Positions 27,508-38,330 of a stretch of DNA of 64,000 nucleotides are shown here, piece by piece (the stretch's first letter is position 1; every line of letters starts with the position of its first letter). Under the pieces are notes generated by a model that made no database searches, was not told where the DNA came from, and saw only the letters and a program-made list of their open reading frames with translations. A program made the position numbers and the translations under genes. The DNA is taken from the NCBI GenBank assembly GCA_963704325.1, contig OY969885.1, positions 142,876 through 206,875 of the forward strand, read 5' to 3'. The stretch is from an uncultured Chloroflexia bacterium. GTDB lineage: Bacteria > Chloroflexota > Limnocylindria > Limnocylindrales > CSP1-4.

Positions 27508-27918
27508 ATGGAGGGCTCAGGGTTGGGCGTCGCTGACAACATTGAGACGGTCAGGCGGTTCTATCGCTCAGGGCAGGCTGACGACGACACGATGCGCGAA
27601 CAGTTCTTCGCGCCGGACGCCGTCTGGCACGTGCCCGGCCAGAACCCGGTTTCCGGTCCGTACCAGGGTGTCGAGGAGATCCGCCACGAGATGGCGCGGC
27701 GGATGGAGCCGCTGACCGGCTGGTGGATCGTGCCGCAGATCGTGATGGGCAACGAGAACATGGTTGTGTCCGTGGTCAGCATCAGCGGCATCCGTCGCGG
27801 GCGCGAGATAGACACAACCGGCGCGCACGTCTTCCGCTTCGGCGACGACGGGCGCATCGTTGAGGCATGGGGCTTCTCAGCCGATCAGTTCCGGCTGGAC
27901 GACTTCTTCCGCGCCTGA
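27508..27918 (+). CDS. SnoaL-like / NTF2-superfamily protein
   Basis: 136 aa; ETVRRFYRSGQADDDTMREQFFAPDAVWHVPG...GRIVEAWGFSADQ, typical SnoaL-like polyketide-cyclase fold. Confidence 0.55.
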   Translation: MEGSGLGVADNIETVRRFYRSGQADDDTMREQFFAPDAVWHVPGQNPVSGPYQGVEEIRHEMARRMEPLTGWWIVPQIVMGNENMVVSVVSISGIRRGREIDTTGAHVFRFGDDGRIVEAWGFSADQFRLDDFFRA

Positions 27919-27934
27919 CCGGCCCGGGCTCACC

Positions 27935-28318
27935 ATGAGCGCCCTGTTGACGGTCCTCTACGACGCCGACTGTGGCGTGTGCACTCACACGGCGCGGGCG
28001 CTTTCGAGGCTCGACACCAGGCGCCGGCTGCGCCTCGTCGCGCTCCAGCGGGCATCGAACCCGGACCTGCCGCCGCGCGGCGATCTGGAGGAGGCCTTGC
28101 ACGCTCGGGACGGTGACGGGACCTGGTTCGTGGGCGCCGCGGCCGCGGTGGAGGTCGCGCGCCGCATTCCCCTGCTGTGGCCGATCAGCGTCGTTGCCCG
28201 GCTGCCGCTGGCGATGCCGGTGCTCAATTTTGCCTATCGCGCCGTGGCGAACAATCGCCAGGGTCTGAGCCGACTTCTTCGACTCCAGGCATGCCGGGTG
28301 CCTGCCACGCGGGCCTAG
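27935..28318 (+). CDS. DCC1-like thiol-disulfide oxidoreductase family protein (DUF393)
   Basis: Internal ATG at 27935 gives MSALLTVLYDADCGVCTHTARALSRLDTRRRLRLVAL, the YDxxCxxC signature of DCC family. Confidence 0.6.
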   Translation: MSALLTVLYDADCGVCTHTARALSRLDTRRRLRLVALQRASNPDLPPRGDLEEALHARDGDGTWFVGAAAAVEVARRIPLLWPISVVARLPLAMPVLNFAYRAVANNRQGLSRLLRLQACRVPATRA

Positions 28319-28322
28319 ACCG

Positions 28323-31300
28323 CTAGCGGGTCGCGGTCGCGGCGCGCTCGACTTTCGACGGCACCCTGGCCCGCTTGCCAGTGCCATTGCCGTTGCCAGT
28401 GCTGCGGCCGGCAGCCTCGGCGAACGAGACATTGCTCAGCGGGACGAGCGGCTCGCCGCGCAGCACCCGCGCAAGGTACTGGCCGGTGGCCGATCGTTCG
28501 GTCGCGGCCACCTTCTCCGGTGTGCCCGCGACGACGACCTCGCCGCCCCGGTGGCCACCTTCGGGACCCAGGTCGATCAGCCAGTCGGCCGTCTTGATCA
28601 CGTCAAGGTTGTGCTCGATCACAATCACCGTGTTGCCGGTATCGGCCAGACGATGCAGGACCTCGAGGAGCTTCTCAACGTCGGCGAAGTGGAGCCCGGT
28701 GGTTGGCTCGTCGAGCAGGTAGACCGTCTTGCCGGTGGCACGGCGCGATAGCTCGGTGGCCAGCTTGACGCGCTGCGCCTCACCGCCCGACAAAGTCGTT
28801 GCCGGCTGGCCCAGGCGCATGTAACCCAGGCCCACTTCAACGAGGGTCGACAGCTTCGTGCGGATGGTCGGGACGGCCGAGAAGAACTCGTTGGCCTCCT
28901 CGATCGTCATGTCCAGCACGTCGGCGATCGAGCGGCCCTTGTAGTGGATCTCCAACGCCTCGCGGTTGTAGCGTTTGCCGGCGCAGACCTCGCACGGCAC
29001 GTACACGTCGGGCAGGAACTGCATCTCGATCTTGATGATGCCGTCGCCCTTGCAGTTCTCGCACCGGCCGCCCTTGACGTTGAACGAGAAGCGGCCTGGG
29101 TTGTAGCCGCGCATGCGCGCTTCGGGCACGCCCGCGAAGAGTGCCCTGATGGGGGTGAACAGGCCAACGTAGGTGGCCGGATTGGAGCGCGGCGTACGGC
29201 CGATCGGCGACTGGTCGATCTCGATCACCTTGTCGACGTTGCTCACTCCCTCGAGCGAGTCGTGCTCGCCCGGTTCTTCGCGCGCCCCGTTCAGGTCGCG
29301 CGCCAGGGCCCGGTACAGGATCTCCGTGACCAGGGTGCTCTTGCCGCTGCCGGACACGCCGGTCACGCAGGTCAGGGTGCCGAGCGGGAAGGCGACGTCA
29401 ATCTTCTTCAGGTTGTGCGAGCGTGCCTTGCGCACTGTGAGCGCCTTGCCGTTGCCTTTGCGCCGCTTGCGAGGCACGGGCACAGCGCGCTCGCCGCGCA
29501 GGTACGCGCCGGTGATCGAGCGCGGCTCATCAAGCACGACCTGGATGGGCCCAGAGGCGATGACCTCGCCGCCGTGCTCGCCTGCTCCCGGGCCGATGTC
29601 GAGCACCCAGTCGGCAGTTCGGATCGTCTCCTCGTCGTGCTCCACGACGATCAGGGTGTTGCCCAGATCCCGCAGGCGAACCAGAGTCGCAATCAGCTTG
29701 GCGTTGTCCTTCTGGTGCAGCCCGATCGTGGGCTCGTCCAGGATGTACAGCACGCCCATCAGCGACGACCCGATCTGGGTGGCCAGCCGGATGCGCTGCG
29801 CCTCGCCGCCGGACAGTGTTGACGACGTCCGATCCACGGTCAGGTAGTCCAGCCCAACGTCCACCAGGAAGCCCAGCCGCGAGCGGATCTCCTTCAGCAC
29901 CTGGCGACCGATCTGGCGCTCGCGGTCGGACAGCCGGTCGGCCAGCTCTTCCGACCACTGGAGCGCCTCCGTCACTGAAAGCAGCGCAATCTGGGCGATG
30001 TTCCGCCCGTCCACGGTGACGCTCAGTACCTCCGGTTTGAGCCTGGCGCCGGCGCATGTGGGGCAGGGCCGGGCAACCATGTACTTCTGCAGCTCGTTCT
30101 TGACCCACTCCGAATCCGTCTCGCGGTAGCGCCGCTCCAGGTTGGGCATCAGCCCTTCGAAGTTGGCGTCGTAATAGTTCGTGTGACTGCGGCGGCGGTA
30201 ACCGATGCGCACCCTCTCGCCCCGCGGCGAGTGGAGCAGGAAGTGCAGGTCCTCCTCAGCCAGCTCGCCCAGCGGCACGTTCGTCTTGAAGCCGCGCCGC
30301 TTGGCGACCGCCTCGACCACCTTGCCGTACCACGAGTCGCTGTGGGGCATGCGCGACCACGGCAGCAGACCGCCGTCCTCTACTGACAGGTTGCGGTTGA
30401 TGATCCGCTCGGGGTCGAACTCCATGCGCATGCCCAGGCCGGTACACGCCGGGCACGCGCCGTGTGGCGAGTTGAATGAGAAAGAGCGCGGCTCCAGCTC
30501 ATCGAGTGTCGTCCCGTCGAACGGGCACGAGTAGCGCTCCGAGTAGCGCTGCTCCTCGAAGGTGCCGTCGTCAGCCGCAGCGACGACCATCACGCCCTCG
30601 CCCAGGCGCAGCGCGGTCTCGACCGAATCGCTGAAGCGGGCTGCCTCCGGATTCGGATGTTCTGGGCCGAATGCTCGGCCGTCCTCGTCCGCGTGGCGGA
30701 CGACGAGCCGGTCGACAACGACCTCGATCGTATGGCGCTTGTACTTGTCCAGCGCCTTGACCTCGTCCAGGTCCAGCTGCTCGCCGTCCACGCGGACGCG
30801 CACGAAGCCCTGGCGGCGGACGGCATCGAATACTCGCTCTCCCTCCGTCTTGCGGTCCTTGATCAGCGGGCCCAGGATCAACAGGCGCGCGCCGTCAGGC
30901 AGGGTGAGGATGCGGTCCACGATCTGCTGGATGCTCTGGCGCGTTATCTCGCGGCCGCACACGGGGCAGTGCGGATGGCCGATCCTGGCGAATAGCAGGC
31001 GCAGGTGGTCGTAGATCTCCGTCACCGTGCCGACCGTCGATCGTGGGTTCCGTGACGCGCCCTTCTGGTCGATGCTGATCGCCGGCGACAGACCATCGAT
31101 CTGGTCGACGTCCGGCTTCTCCATCTGGCCCAGGAACTGGCGCGCGTATGCGGACAGGCTCTCGACGTAGCGGCGCTGACCCTCCGCGTAGATCGTGTCG
31201 AAGGCGAGGCTCGACTTGCCGCTTCCGGACAGGCCGGTGATGACCACCAGGCGGTCGCGCGGCAGCTCCACGGTGATGTTCTTGAGGTTGTGCTCGCGCG

Positions 31301-31331
31301 CGCCGCGAACGACGAGCAAATCCTGGGTCAT
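28323..31331 (-). CDS. uvrA: excinuclease ABC subunit A
   Basis: ATG at 31331 gives [51 protein letters not shown]...; two ABC modules, zinc fingers ([22 protein letters not shown]). The 227-aa Arg/Ala-rich upstream extension (to 32012) is antisense-frame junk over the pyk tail. Confidence 0.9.
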   Translation of the reverse strand: MTQDLLVVRGAREHNLKNITVELPRDRLVVITGLSGSGKSSLAFDTIYAEGQRRYVESLSAYARQFLGQMEKPDVDQIDGLSPAISIDQKGASRNPRSTVGTVTEIYDHLRLLFARIGHPHCPVCGREITRQSIQQIVDRILTLPDGARLLILGPLIKDRKTEGERVFDAVRRQGFVRVRVDGEQLDLDEVKALDKYKRHTIEVVVDRLVVRHADEDGRAFGPEHPNPEAARFSDSVETALRLGEGVMVVAAADDGTFEEQRYSERYSCPFDGTTLDELEPRSFSFNSPHGACPACTGLGMRMEFDPERIINRNLSVEDGGLLPWSRMPHSDSWYGKVVEAVAKRRGFKTNVPLGELAEEDLHFLLHSPRGERVRIGYRRRSHTNYYDANFEGLMPNLERRYRETDSEWVKNELQKYMVARPCPTCAGARLKPEVLSVTVDGRNIAQIALLSVTEALQWSEELADRLSDRERQIGRQVLKEIRSRLGFLVDVGLDYLTVDRTSSTLSGGEAQRIRLATQIGSSLMGVLYILDEPTIGLHQKDNAKLIATLVRLRDLGNTLIVVEHDEETIRTADWVLDIGPGAGEHGGEVIASGPIQVVLDEPRSITGAYLRGERAVPVPRKRRKGNGKALTVRKARSHNLKKIDVAFPLGTLTCVTGVSGSGKSTLVTEILYRALARDLNGAREEPGEHDSLEGVSNVDKVIEIDQSPIGRTPRSNPATYVGLFTPIRALFAGVPEARMRGYNPGRFSFNVKGGRCENCKGDGIIKIEMQFLPDVYVPCEVCAGKRYNREALEIHYKGRSIADVLDMTIEEANEFFSAVPTIRTKLSTLVEVGLGYMRLGQPATTLSGGEAQRVKLATELSRRATGKTVYLLDEPTTGLHFADVEKLLEVLHRLADTGNTVIVIEHNLDVIKTADWLIDLGPEGGHRGGEVVVAGTPEKVAATERSATGQYLARVLRGEPLVPLSNVSFAEAAGRSTGNGNGTGKRARVPSKVERAATATR

Positions 31332-31417
31332 GGAGCGGCCGGGCACTGGCGGATTATAGAACGCATGAGCGAAATGCTTGACACCTGCTGGACTGAGCCG
31401 CCGACCTCCCGTTCCAT

Positions 31418-33121
31418 TCAGGCCGGGGCTGGCTCCTCCGACTCGATGGCCTCGGGCTGCGACTCGACCTGATCGTCGAGGCTCGCTGGTGCCTCGACCG
31501 GCACTTCGGGCGCGGGTTGAGCATCGGCTGCCGGCTGGTCGGCCGGCTGCCGGCTGAGCGCGGCTGTCGGCTGAGCGTCGGCTGTCGGCTGAGCGTCGGC
31601 TGTCGGCTGAGCATCGGCAATCGGCTCGTCGGCCGCTTGTGACTGCTGTACCGGCACCGCGCGCGGCGGTCGCTCGCGCGCTGGCTGGGGCGCCGGGCGC
31701 GCTACGACCGGGGCGGCCGCAACGGTGTGCAGCTCCAAACGGTTGATGCCGCTCTGTTGGCCCGACGTGGTGACGAGGATCACCTTGCCGTGCTCGCTGG
31801 TACCACGCTGCGCCCGCCAGGCCGACTCCATGCGCTGCACCAGAGTCGCCGAAGTGGGCTGGCGCTGGCCTGTCGGCAGTACGACCGGGATCACGCCGCG
31901 GCGCACGGCCAGCCGGCGAGCCACGATCGGGCTGAGTGTGAACGCGACGATCGGAATGCTCGGCCGCGTCAGGGACAGGTATTCGGCCGTGCGGCCGCTG
32001 CGTGTGAAGCACCAGATCGCGTCGGCCGACGCGCGTCCGGAAATCGCCGCGGCGGCGAGCACGACGGCCTTCGACGCCTCGAGTCGGTCCTCGTCATCCG
32101 GATCCGATTCCTGATCAATCTTGCCCTCGACCGTCAGGCAGATGCGCTCCATTGCCTCGAGTGCCTGGATCGGGTACGCGCCGATGGCGGTTTCGGCAGA
32201 GAGCATGACCGCATCGGCGCCGTCCAGGACCGCGTTCGCGACATCGCTTGCCTCCGCCCTGGTTGGACGCGGAGCAGCCGTCATGCTCTCGAGCATCTGG
32301 GTGGCCACGATCGTGAAACGGTCCACGTCGCCGGCGCGCTGCACGAGGTCTTTCTGGACGAGGGGCACTTCCTCGAACGGGATGTCCACGCCCAGGTCGC
32401 CGCGCGCGACCATGATCCCGTCGGCGACCGCGCAGATCTCGTCGAAGTTGTCGATCGCAGCGCGCGTCTCGATCTTGGCCACGATGCGTGGTCCGTCGGC
32501 GGGCAGCATCGCGCGCAGTGCCCGGACGTCGTCTGCCGAGCGCACGAACGACTGGGCGATGATGTCGGCGCGCAACTCGAGGGCGCGCGGAACGGCCGCT
32601 CTGTCCTCCTCCGTCAAGCCTTCGACGGCCAACCGCTCGCTCGGGATGTTCACGCCTGAGCGCGAGCGGACCACGCCACCGTTGACGACCTCGGTGACCA
32701 CCGACGCGCCGTCGATTCCCGTCACGCGCAGCTCGGCGGCACCGTCGGCGAGCAGGACGCGGTCGCCCTCCTGGAGCTGTGTCGCGAGTGTGGCGCGCGG
32801 TACTGCAGCTCCGCTCGCATCGCCCACCATGGTCTCGTCGTTGCTCAGCACGAAGGTGGAGCCGGTCTCCAAGCGCAGCTCTCCGCCGGCGAGCTCGCCC
32901 AGGCGCAGCTTGGGGCCGGGCAGGTCTGCCATCACAGCCACGCTGCGGCGCGCGGCATGGGCCGCGCCGCGTACGGCGTGGACGTAGGCGCGATGCTCGT
33001 CGGCCGTGCCGTGCGAGAAATTCACGCGTGCGACGTCCATCCCGGCGGCCACCAGCTCAGCGATCCGCTCGGCGCTAGCCGGCCCGATCGTGCACACCTG
33101 CTTGGTCCTCGAACGCTCCAT
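31418..33121 (-). CDS. pyk: pyruvate kinase with ~95-aa low-complexity acidic C-terminal extension
   Basis: [16 protein letters not shown]...; catalytic core to ~aa 470 (ELHTV), then P/A/Q/E-rich tail with ADAQPT x3 encoded by 18-bp tandem repeats. Confidence 0.85.
   Translation of the reverse strand: MERSRTKQVCTIGPASAERIAELVAAGMDVARVNFSHGTADEHRAYVHAVRGAAHAARRSVAVMADLPGPKLRLGELAGGELRLETGSTFVLSNDETMVGDASGAAVPRATLATQLQEGDRVLLADGAAELRVTGIDGASVVTEVVNGGVVRSRSGVNIPSERLAVEGLTEEDRAAVPRALELRADIIAQSFVRSADDVRALRAMLPADGPRIVAKIETRAAIDNFDEICAVADGIMVARGDLGVDIPFEEVPLVQKDLVQRAGDVDRFTIVATQMLESMTAAPRPTRAEASDVANAVLDGADAVMLSAETAIGAYPIQALEAMERICLTVEGKIDQESDPDDEDRLEASKAVVLAAAAISGRASADAIWCFTRSGRTAEYLSLTRPSIPIVAFTLSPIVARRLAVRRGVIPVVLPTGQRQPTSATLVQRMESAWRAQRGTSEHGKVILVTTSGQQSGINRLELHTVAAAPVVARPAPQPARERPPRAVPVQQSQAADEPIADAQPTADAQPTADAQPTAALSRQPADQPAADAQPAPEVPVEAPASLDDQVESQPEAIESEEPAPA
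31552..31622. repeat. 18-bp tandem repeat (GGCTGAGCGYCGGCTGTC, ~4 copies) in pyk 3' tail
   Basis: Direct reading of 31552-31622; first copy lacks 1 nt; encodes ADAQPT repeats on minus strand. Confidence 0.8.
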
Positions 33122-33243
33122 ATCTCGACTTTACCAGCGACGCCGCGAGGCGGACTGCGACGCATCCGAAACCCGCTCCGACCATCCGTTATGGGCCAAA
33201 CAGATCCCGCTCCGCTCACTGTTAGGACCGAAAGGAGGCGGCA

Positions 33244-33495
33244 ATGGCCACACTCGATACGAAAGCGCGTGACAGGCTGCGCTCCAGCCAATTTGCGTAC
33301 GTTGACAAGGAGGGCGGCGAGCATCTGCCGATCCACGACGAGTCACATGTCCGCAACGCCATGGCGCGCTTCAATCAGACCGACTTCGAAAGCAAGGCCG
33401 CCCGAGAGCGGGCGCGCAAGAAGATCGTTGCCGCGGCCAAGAAGCAAGGCATCGAGGTCAGCGACGACGACAACGTAGCCAAGCCCGCCAAGTAG
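33244..33495 (+). CDS. small conserved hypothetical protein (83 aa)
   Basis: Strong RBS AAAGGAGG 7 nt before ATG; MATLDTKARDRLRSSQFAYVDKEGGEHLPIHDESHVRNAMARFNQTDFES...; charged, protein-like composition. Confidence 0.5.
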   Translation: MATLDTKARDRLRSSQFAYVDKEGGEHLPIHDESHVRNAMARFNQTDFESKAARERARKKIVAAAKKQGIEVSDDDNVAKPAK

Positions 33496-33603
33496 CTGCG
33501 CGCGGCGGCCTAGAAGAAGATCAGACCCGTGGGCGGGTGCTCGCCAGCCCTGAGCGCTGCGAGGACATTGGCCGTTCGAAGCCGGGGCAGGTGTCTTAGC
33601 AGG

Positions 33604-34125
33604 TCACCGTAGACGTCCATCACCCGCCGGTTCGACCTCGTATCTGCCAGGACGAGCAGGAAGCTGTCCACCGGATCGTCGCGCCGCTTCAGCGCGTGCC
33701 GTCTCGTAACTGCCTGCACGTCCCGAACTCGCGCCTCCAGCTCGATGCCCGTGCGCATGCCGGAGCCGTAGAGGACGGCGTCCCAGGCTCGGTAGTCGCG
33801 CGGTCGATCGGGTCGCTGGGGCAGCGGTACGTCCGTTTGGCATCTGAGCGGTGGCCGGACGTGACTCAACCAGGCGCAGTAGCCGCCGCGCCTGTCCCGC
33901 GTCGCGCACCGGCTCGCCAGTGGGGTAGGCACGCACGGACAGGTCGAGTCCCAGGGCAGCCGCAACCTTGGTCGCGTCGACGATGGATAGGCTCAGCAGC
34001 CTGCCACCCTCGATCCGGCAGATCTTCGAGGCAGATACGCGCACTGCGGCGCCCAGCTGACCCTGGCTGAGACCGGCGGCAATCCGCGCATCGACGACTT
34101 CCTGGCCAAACTCGGCGAACGCCAT
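33604..34125 (-). CDS. XRE-family HTH transcriptional regulator (C-terminal region uncertain, possible frame change)
   Basis: MAFAEFGQEVVDARIAAGLSQGQLGAAVRVSASKICRIEGGRLLSLSIVDATKVAAALGLDLSV is a canonical XRE HTH. Downstream of ~33850 this frame becomes Arg/Gly-rich junk, while the overlapping -1 frame (ORF 33510..33965) ends in protein-like ...GIELEARVRDVQAVTRRHALKRRDDPVDSFLLVLADTRSNRRVMDVYGDLLRHL. Confidence 0.5.
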   Translation of the reverse strand: MAFAEFGQEVVDARIAAGLSQGQLGAAVRVSASKICRIEGGRLLSLSIVDATKVAAALGLDLSVRAYPTGEPVRDAGQARRLLRLVESRPATAQMPNGRTAAPATRSTARLPSLGRRPLRLRHAHGHRAGGASSGRAGSYETARAEAARRSGGQLPARPGRYEVEPAGDGRLR

Positions 34126-34215
34126 GCGCGCACGACGCTCCGCCCGACCCTGCGCCCGCTCGATTGCTGCCACCGGCCCATCTTGGCGACGGTCACTTGG
34201 CGGCGGATTGGCTGC

Positions 34216-34251
34216 CCATTGCTTGCCGCTTTGCCATTGCTTGCCGCTTTG
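34216..34251. repeat. perfect 18-bp tandem direct repeat CCATTGCTTGCCGCTTTG x2 upstream of XRE regulator
   Basis: 34216-34233 and 34234-34251 identical; 90-125 bp upstream of the XRE start at 34125. Confidence 0.85.
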
Positions 34252-34463
34252 CGGCACGCGACAAAGTCAGTCGGGTTTTGGCGCCAGGCGCCGCGCCCTG
34301 GGCGTGTGTCGTGGTCGATCCCGTGCGCCGTGCGCAATTTCGCACGCGAATCGGCTGGTCGAGCGCCATTTGCGTCGGACTTTGGCGCCTCGCGCAAAAC
34401 TCAGCGAAAGGGAAGCGCGCTGGAGGCAGGCGACGTGGCGGGCAGCGAAGGTGAGCGTGACGC

Positions 34464-36885
34464 TCAGCGGCGGCGGCGCCCGCGAGTTGGCCTCTCCCCC
34501 GTCCGCTTGACGACGTTGGGCGTCACGCGCCGATCCCAGGTTGGGCGCTCGAGCCAGCGCGCCATCCAGCCCGCGTCATCGCCCTCGTGCTCGTCGCGGA
34601 TGCCCGGCAGCCAGTCGGCGGCGGTGCCCTCGGCACCCAACTCCGGCTCGCCGTCCATGTTCGCCGCGACCTCTTCGTCTGCCGGCAGGACGGTCACGGA
34701 CGTGACCTCGAGCCCACCCTCCCCCGCTTCCGCGAGTGCACGGCGACCGCGCCGGTTGCCGGAGCGCATGGCCGCGGCACGCTCGGTCGGCTTCGCCGTG
34801 GGCGACTCCGGCGCAAACGGCGGCGGCTCCGCCTCAGACTTGCCGCGCGAGGCGGCCTTCTCCGCGGCACGCGCCACGACCACGGAGGCGTCCTCCTCCA
34901 GGACGCGCAGCCGGATCTGCTGAATCTCGTCGCGCAGCGCGGCGGCGCGCTCAAACTCCATCTCCCGCGCGGCGGCACGCATCTCAGCCTCCATCTGCGC
35001 CACGAGCTTGGCAATCTCGTCGCGCGACATGTCTGACAGCTCGCGCGCCCCCGCGCCGGACCCGTACGCACCGGACGCCTCGGCCACAGCCCGCAGCCGA
35101 TCGTTGATGTCGCGGATGCCCTTGACGATCGTCTGCGGCACGATGCCGTGCTCGACGTTGTACGCCGTCTGCGCGACCCGGCGGCGGCTCGTCTCGTCGA
35201 TCGCGACCTGCATCGACTCGGTCACCCGGTCGGCGTACATGACGACCTCGCCACTGACGTTGCGTGCCGCGCGGCCCGACATCTGGATGAGCGCCCAGGC
35301 GGAGCGCAGGAAGCCTTCCTTGTCCGCGTCGAGGATCGCGACGAGCGTCACCTCGGGCAGGTCGATGCCCTCACGCAGCAGGTTGATGCCTACGAGGACG
35401 TCGTAAACCCCCAGGCGCAGGTCACGCAGGACCTGCACGCGCTCGAGCGTGTCGACCTCCGAATGCAGGTACGCGACCTTGACGCCCATCTCGTGCAGGT
35501 AGTCGGCCAGGTCCTCGGCCATCTTCTTGGTCAGCGTCGTGACCAGCACCCGCTCGCCGCGCTCGACTCGATCGCGGATGCGGTCCATCAGGTCGTCGAT
35601 CTGGCCCTCGGTTTGCTGGACAGAGATCTGCGGATCGAGCACGCCCGTGGGCCGCACCAGCTGCTCGACGATTGCCTTGGCCCGCTGCAGCTCGTAGGGC
35701 CCGGGCGTGGCCGACATGTAGATGACCTGGTTGAGATGATCCTCGAACTCCTCGAAGGTCAGCGGCCGGTTGTCCAGCGCGGATGGCAGCCGGAAGCCGA
35801 AGTCAACCAGGATCTCCTTGCGCGTCCGGTCGTTCTTGTACATGCCCACGACCTGCGGGATGGTCATGTGCGACTCATCCACGATGAGCAACCAGTCGGG
35901 CGGGAAGTAATCGAGCAACGTCCACGGCCGTGAGCCAGCCTCGCGGCGCGAAAGGTGGCGAGAGTAGTTCTCGATGCCCGAGCAGAAGCCCAGTTCGCGC
36001 ATCATCTCCAGGTCGAACGTGGTGCGCTGGCGCAGGCGTTCAGCCTCCAGCTCCATTCCGCGCTGACGCAGCTCCTCCACGCGCGTCGTCATCTCCTTGT
36101 CGATGTCGACGATTGCCTCCTTCAGCTTCTCTGCCGGCGTCACGTAGTGCGAGGCGGGATAGACGTTGAGCTCCTTGCGCTCGGCGAGCATCTCGCCCGT
36201 CAGCGGGTCGACCTCGGTGATGCGCTCGACCTCGTCGCCGAAGAACTGGACGCGCACCACGAAGTCGTCGTAGGCCGGCTGGAGCTCGAGCGTGTCGCCG
36301 CGGACCCGGAAGCGCGCGCGTGAGAGCGCCGTGTCGTTGCGCTGGTACTGCAGGTCGACCAGCTGACGCAACACCCCATCGCGCCGATAGCGTCCGCCGA
36401 CCCTGCAGGCGCGTGACCGTCGCGCCGTAGTCGACCGGAGCGCCCAGGCCGTAGATGCACGACACGCTCGCGACGATGATCGTGTCGCGACGCTCGAAGA
36501 GCGCCCGCGTCGCGGCGTGGCGCAGCTTGTCGATCTCGTCGTTGCGCGACGAGTCCTTCTCGATGTACGTGTCCGACCGGGGCAGGTATGCCTCCGGCTG
36601 GTAGTAGTCGAAGTACGAGACGAAGTACTCGACGGCGTTGTCCGGGAAGAACTCGCGGAACTCGCTGTACAGCTGGGCGGCGAGAGTCTTGTTGTGCGCG
36701 AGCACGAGCGTGGGGCGGTTATGGCGCGCGATGACCTGGCTGATGGTGTAGCTCTTGCCGCTCCCGGTGACGCCCAGCAGGACCTGGCTGTCAAGGCCGC
36801 GCGAGAGTCCGTCGACCAGCTTGTCGATCGCCTGGGGCTGGTCGCCGGTCGGCTGAAAAGGCGCTTCGAGCCTGAATTCAGACAT
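34464..36885 (-). pseudogene. uvrB: excinuclease ABC subunit B, frame interrupted at 36401-36406; long C-terminal extension
   Basis: N-part (ORF 36040..37023 from ATG 36885: [24 protein letters not shown]...[16 protein letters not shown]...[14 protein letters not shown]...YGATVTRLQ) and C-part (ORF 34464..36908 from ...[24 protein letters not shown]...UVR domain) are in adjacent frames; shift maps to CAGGGTC (G-run) at 36401-36406. ~150 aa after UVR domain is charged/low-complexity. Confidence 0.8.
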
Positions 36886-37121
36886 CGTGCAAGCGTAGCG
36901 CGGGTCACGCGCCGGCAGGCGCGAGGGCCGAGCGAAGCGCGCAGCAGCGGCCCGCACGCCGACTGCGAAGCCTTCCTGTGGTCTGTACCCCACCTCCCGC
37001 CTCATAGCCTGTTCGTACCCCACCCAACTGCCAGTCGTGTCCCTTACCGCATGCCCCTCCCCTCAATACGGTGCGCGCGTACAACTCCCACAGTCACAGC
37101 CCCCAGGAGGTTCGGTCCGGG

Positions 37122-38096
37122 ATGGAGATGGAGTTCAAAGACCCCGGCCGCAGGCGCCGGTTCCTCACGATCGTGATTGGCGCAGTTCTCGCGTTGGGGG
37201 CTGGATGGGGCGCGTACACGATCGCCACCAACGGCAACTCGGCGAACGCCGAGGTCATCCGCGAGCCGGTTCTGGTCGCTGCACGCGACATTCCGGCACG
37301 CACCACGGTGGGCATCGACGACGTGATGGTCCGTGAAGTGCCGATCGACGAGCTGCTCAGCCAGTCCTACCGAGAGTCGGGCCAGGTTCTGGGTCGAGTC
37401 ACTGCGGTGCCGATCTATGCCGACCAGCAGGTCACTCCCAACTTGTTCGCGAGCTCAACTGCGGACAGTGATTTCAGCATCCTCGCGCCGGACGAGGTCA
37501 TCACCGCGACGTCCCCCTACTGGCGGGCGGTGGCCGTGTCGGTGCCACCCGAACGAGCGGTCGGCGGCGAGATCAAGGCCGGCGACCACGTTGATCTCTT
37601 CGTGAGCGTGGAGATCGAGGTTCTCCAGCTCGACCCGGAGGGCAACTACCAGCAGGTTGAGACCGCGTCCGAGGACGGCCTCGTCGCCGGCAAGTCGACC
37701 AAGATCACCTACCAGGATCTGGAAGTCCTCAAGATCAACGAGGACGAGCAGATGTACATCATCAAGGTTGACCTCCACCAGGCCGAGGAGATCGCCCACA
37801 TCGTCCAGGTTGCACCCGATTCGTTCGCCCTGGCACTGCGGCCGGCCGAGGACACTCGACGCGCTAACCCGCTCGAGTACGGCGAGACGACCGATCGGCT
37901 GATCATGACCTACCTGTTCCCGGCGCCCCAGCTGCTGGATCTGTCCCAGCTGCTCGGCCTGCCGAGAACGCCGGGCTCGACCCCTATTCCGGGTGGCGCC
38001 CCAGATCCATCGGCATCGCCCGGGCCGGGGGAGTCCCCAGCACCGGACGGATCGCCTGAGCCCACAGCGGAGGCATCGCCGACACCGCGTCCGTGA
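37122..38096 (+). CDS. cpaB: Flp/Tad pilus assembly protein CpaB (RcpC)
   Basis: N-terminal TM anchor (RRRRFLTIVIGAVLALGAGW), SAF-like domain (VLVAARDIPARTTVGIDDVMVREVP...QVLGRVTAVPIYADQQV), Pro-rich C-tail; RBS CCAGGAGG upstream. Confidence 0.75.
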   Translation: MEMEFKDPGRRRRFLTIVIGAVLALGAGWGAYTIATNGNSANAEVIREPVLVAARDIPARTTVGIDDVMVREVPIDELLSQSYRESGQVLGRVTAVPIYADQQVTPNLFASSTADSDFSILAPDEVITATSPYWRAVAVSVPPERAVGGEIKAGDHVDLFVSVEIEVLQLDPEGNYQQVETASEDGLVAGKSTKITYQDLEVLKINEDEQMYIIKVDLHQAEEIAHIVQVAPDSFALALRPAEDTRRANPLEYGETTDRLIMTYLFPAPQLLDLSQLLGLPRTPGSTPIPGGAPDPSASPGPGESPAPDGSPEPTAEASPTPRP

Positions 38097-38142
38097 TGGG
38101 CCACGCACGAGCGGCCACCCGCCGCCTCGCAATAGCTCAACA

Positions 38143-38178
38143 GGAGCCGCTCCTCACCGGGAGCGGCTCCTTTCCATG
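38143..38178 (+). terminator. rho-independent terminator after cpaB
   Basis: GGAGCCGCTCC-TCACCG-GGAGCGGCTCCTTTCC: 11-bp perfect stem, 47 nt after cpaB stop. Confidence 0.55.
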
Positions 38179-38330
38179 TGCGCCCGATGCCCCTCGTCGC
38201 CCAGGCTGAGCCGGCGGGCGGCGCCGGACACATCCGGAACGATCCAAGGCAATCGGACCTGCCGCGTCACGTACCTGGGACCGCGCCGCAGTCGGCTTCT
38301 CTCGGTGCCGGCTGGCTGGGCAAAGGTGCA

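Noticed and set aside
31332-32012. 227-aa N-terminal extension of the uvrA ORF
   Set aside because: It is Arg/Ala/Pro-rich with no similarity to UvrA. Canonical UvrA begins [16 protein letters not shown] at 31331, and the extension overlaps the real pyk tail in another frame.
36886-37023. Upstream in-frame ATG/GTG extension of uvrB ([16 protein letters not shown]...)
   Set aside because: UvrB orthologues start at MSEF/MAFA-type N-termini directly before the Q-motif. The extension has no counterpart and runs into the cpaB promoter region.
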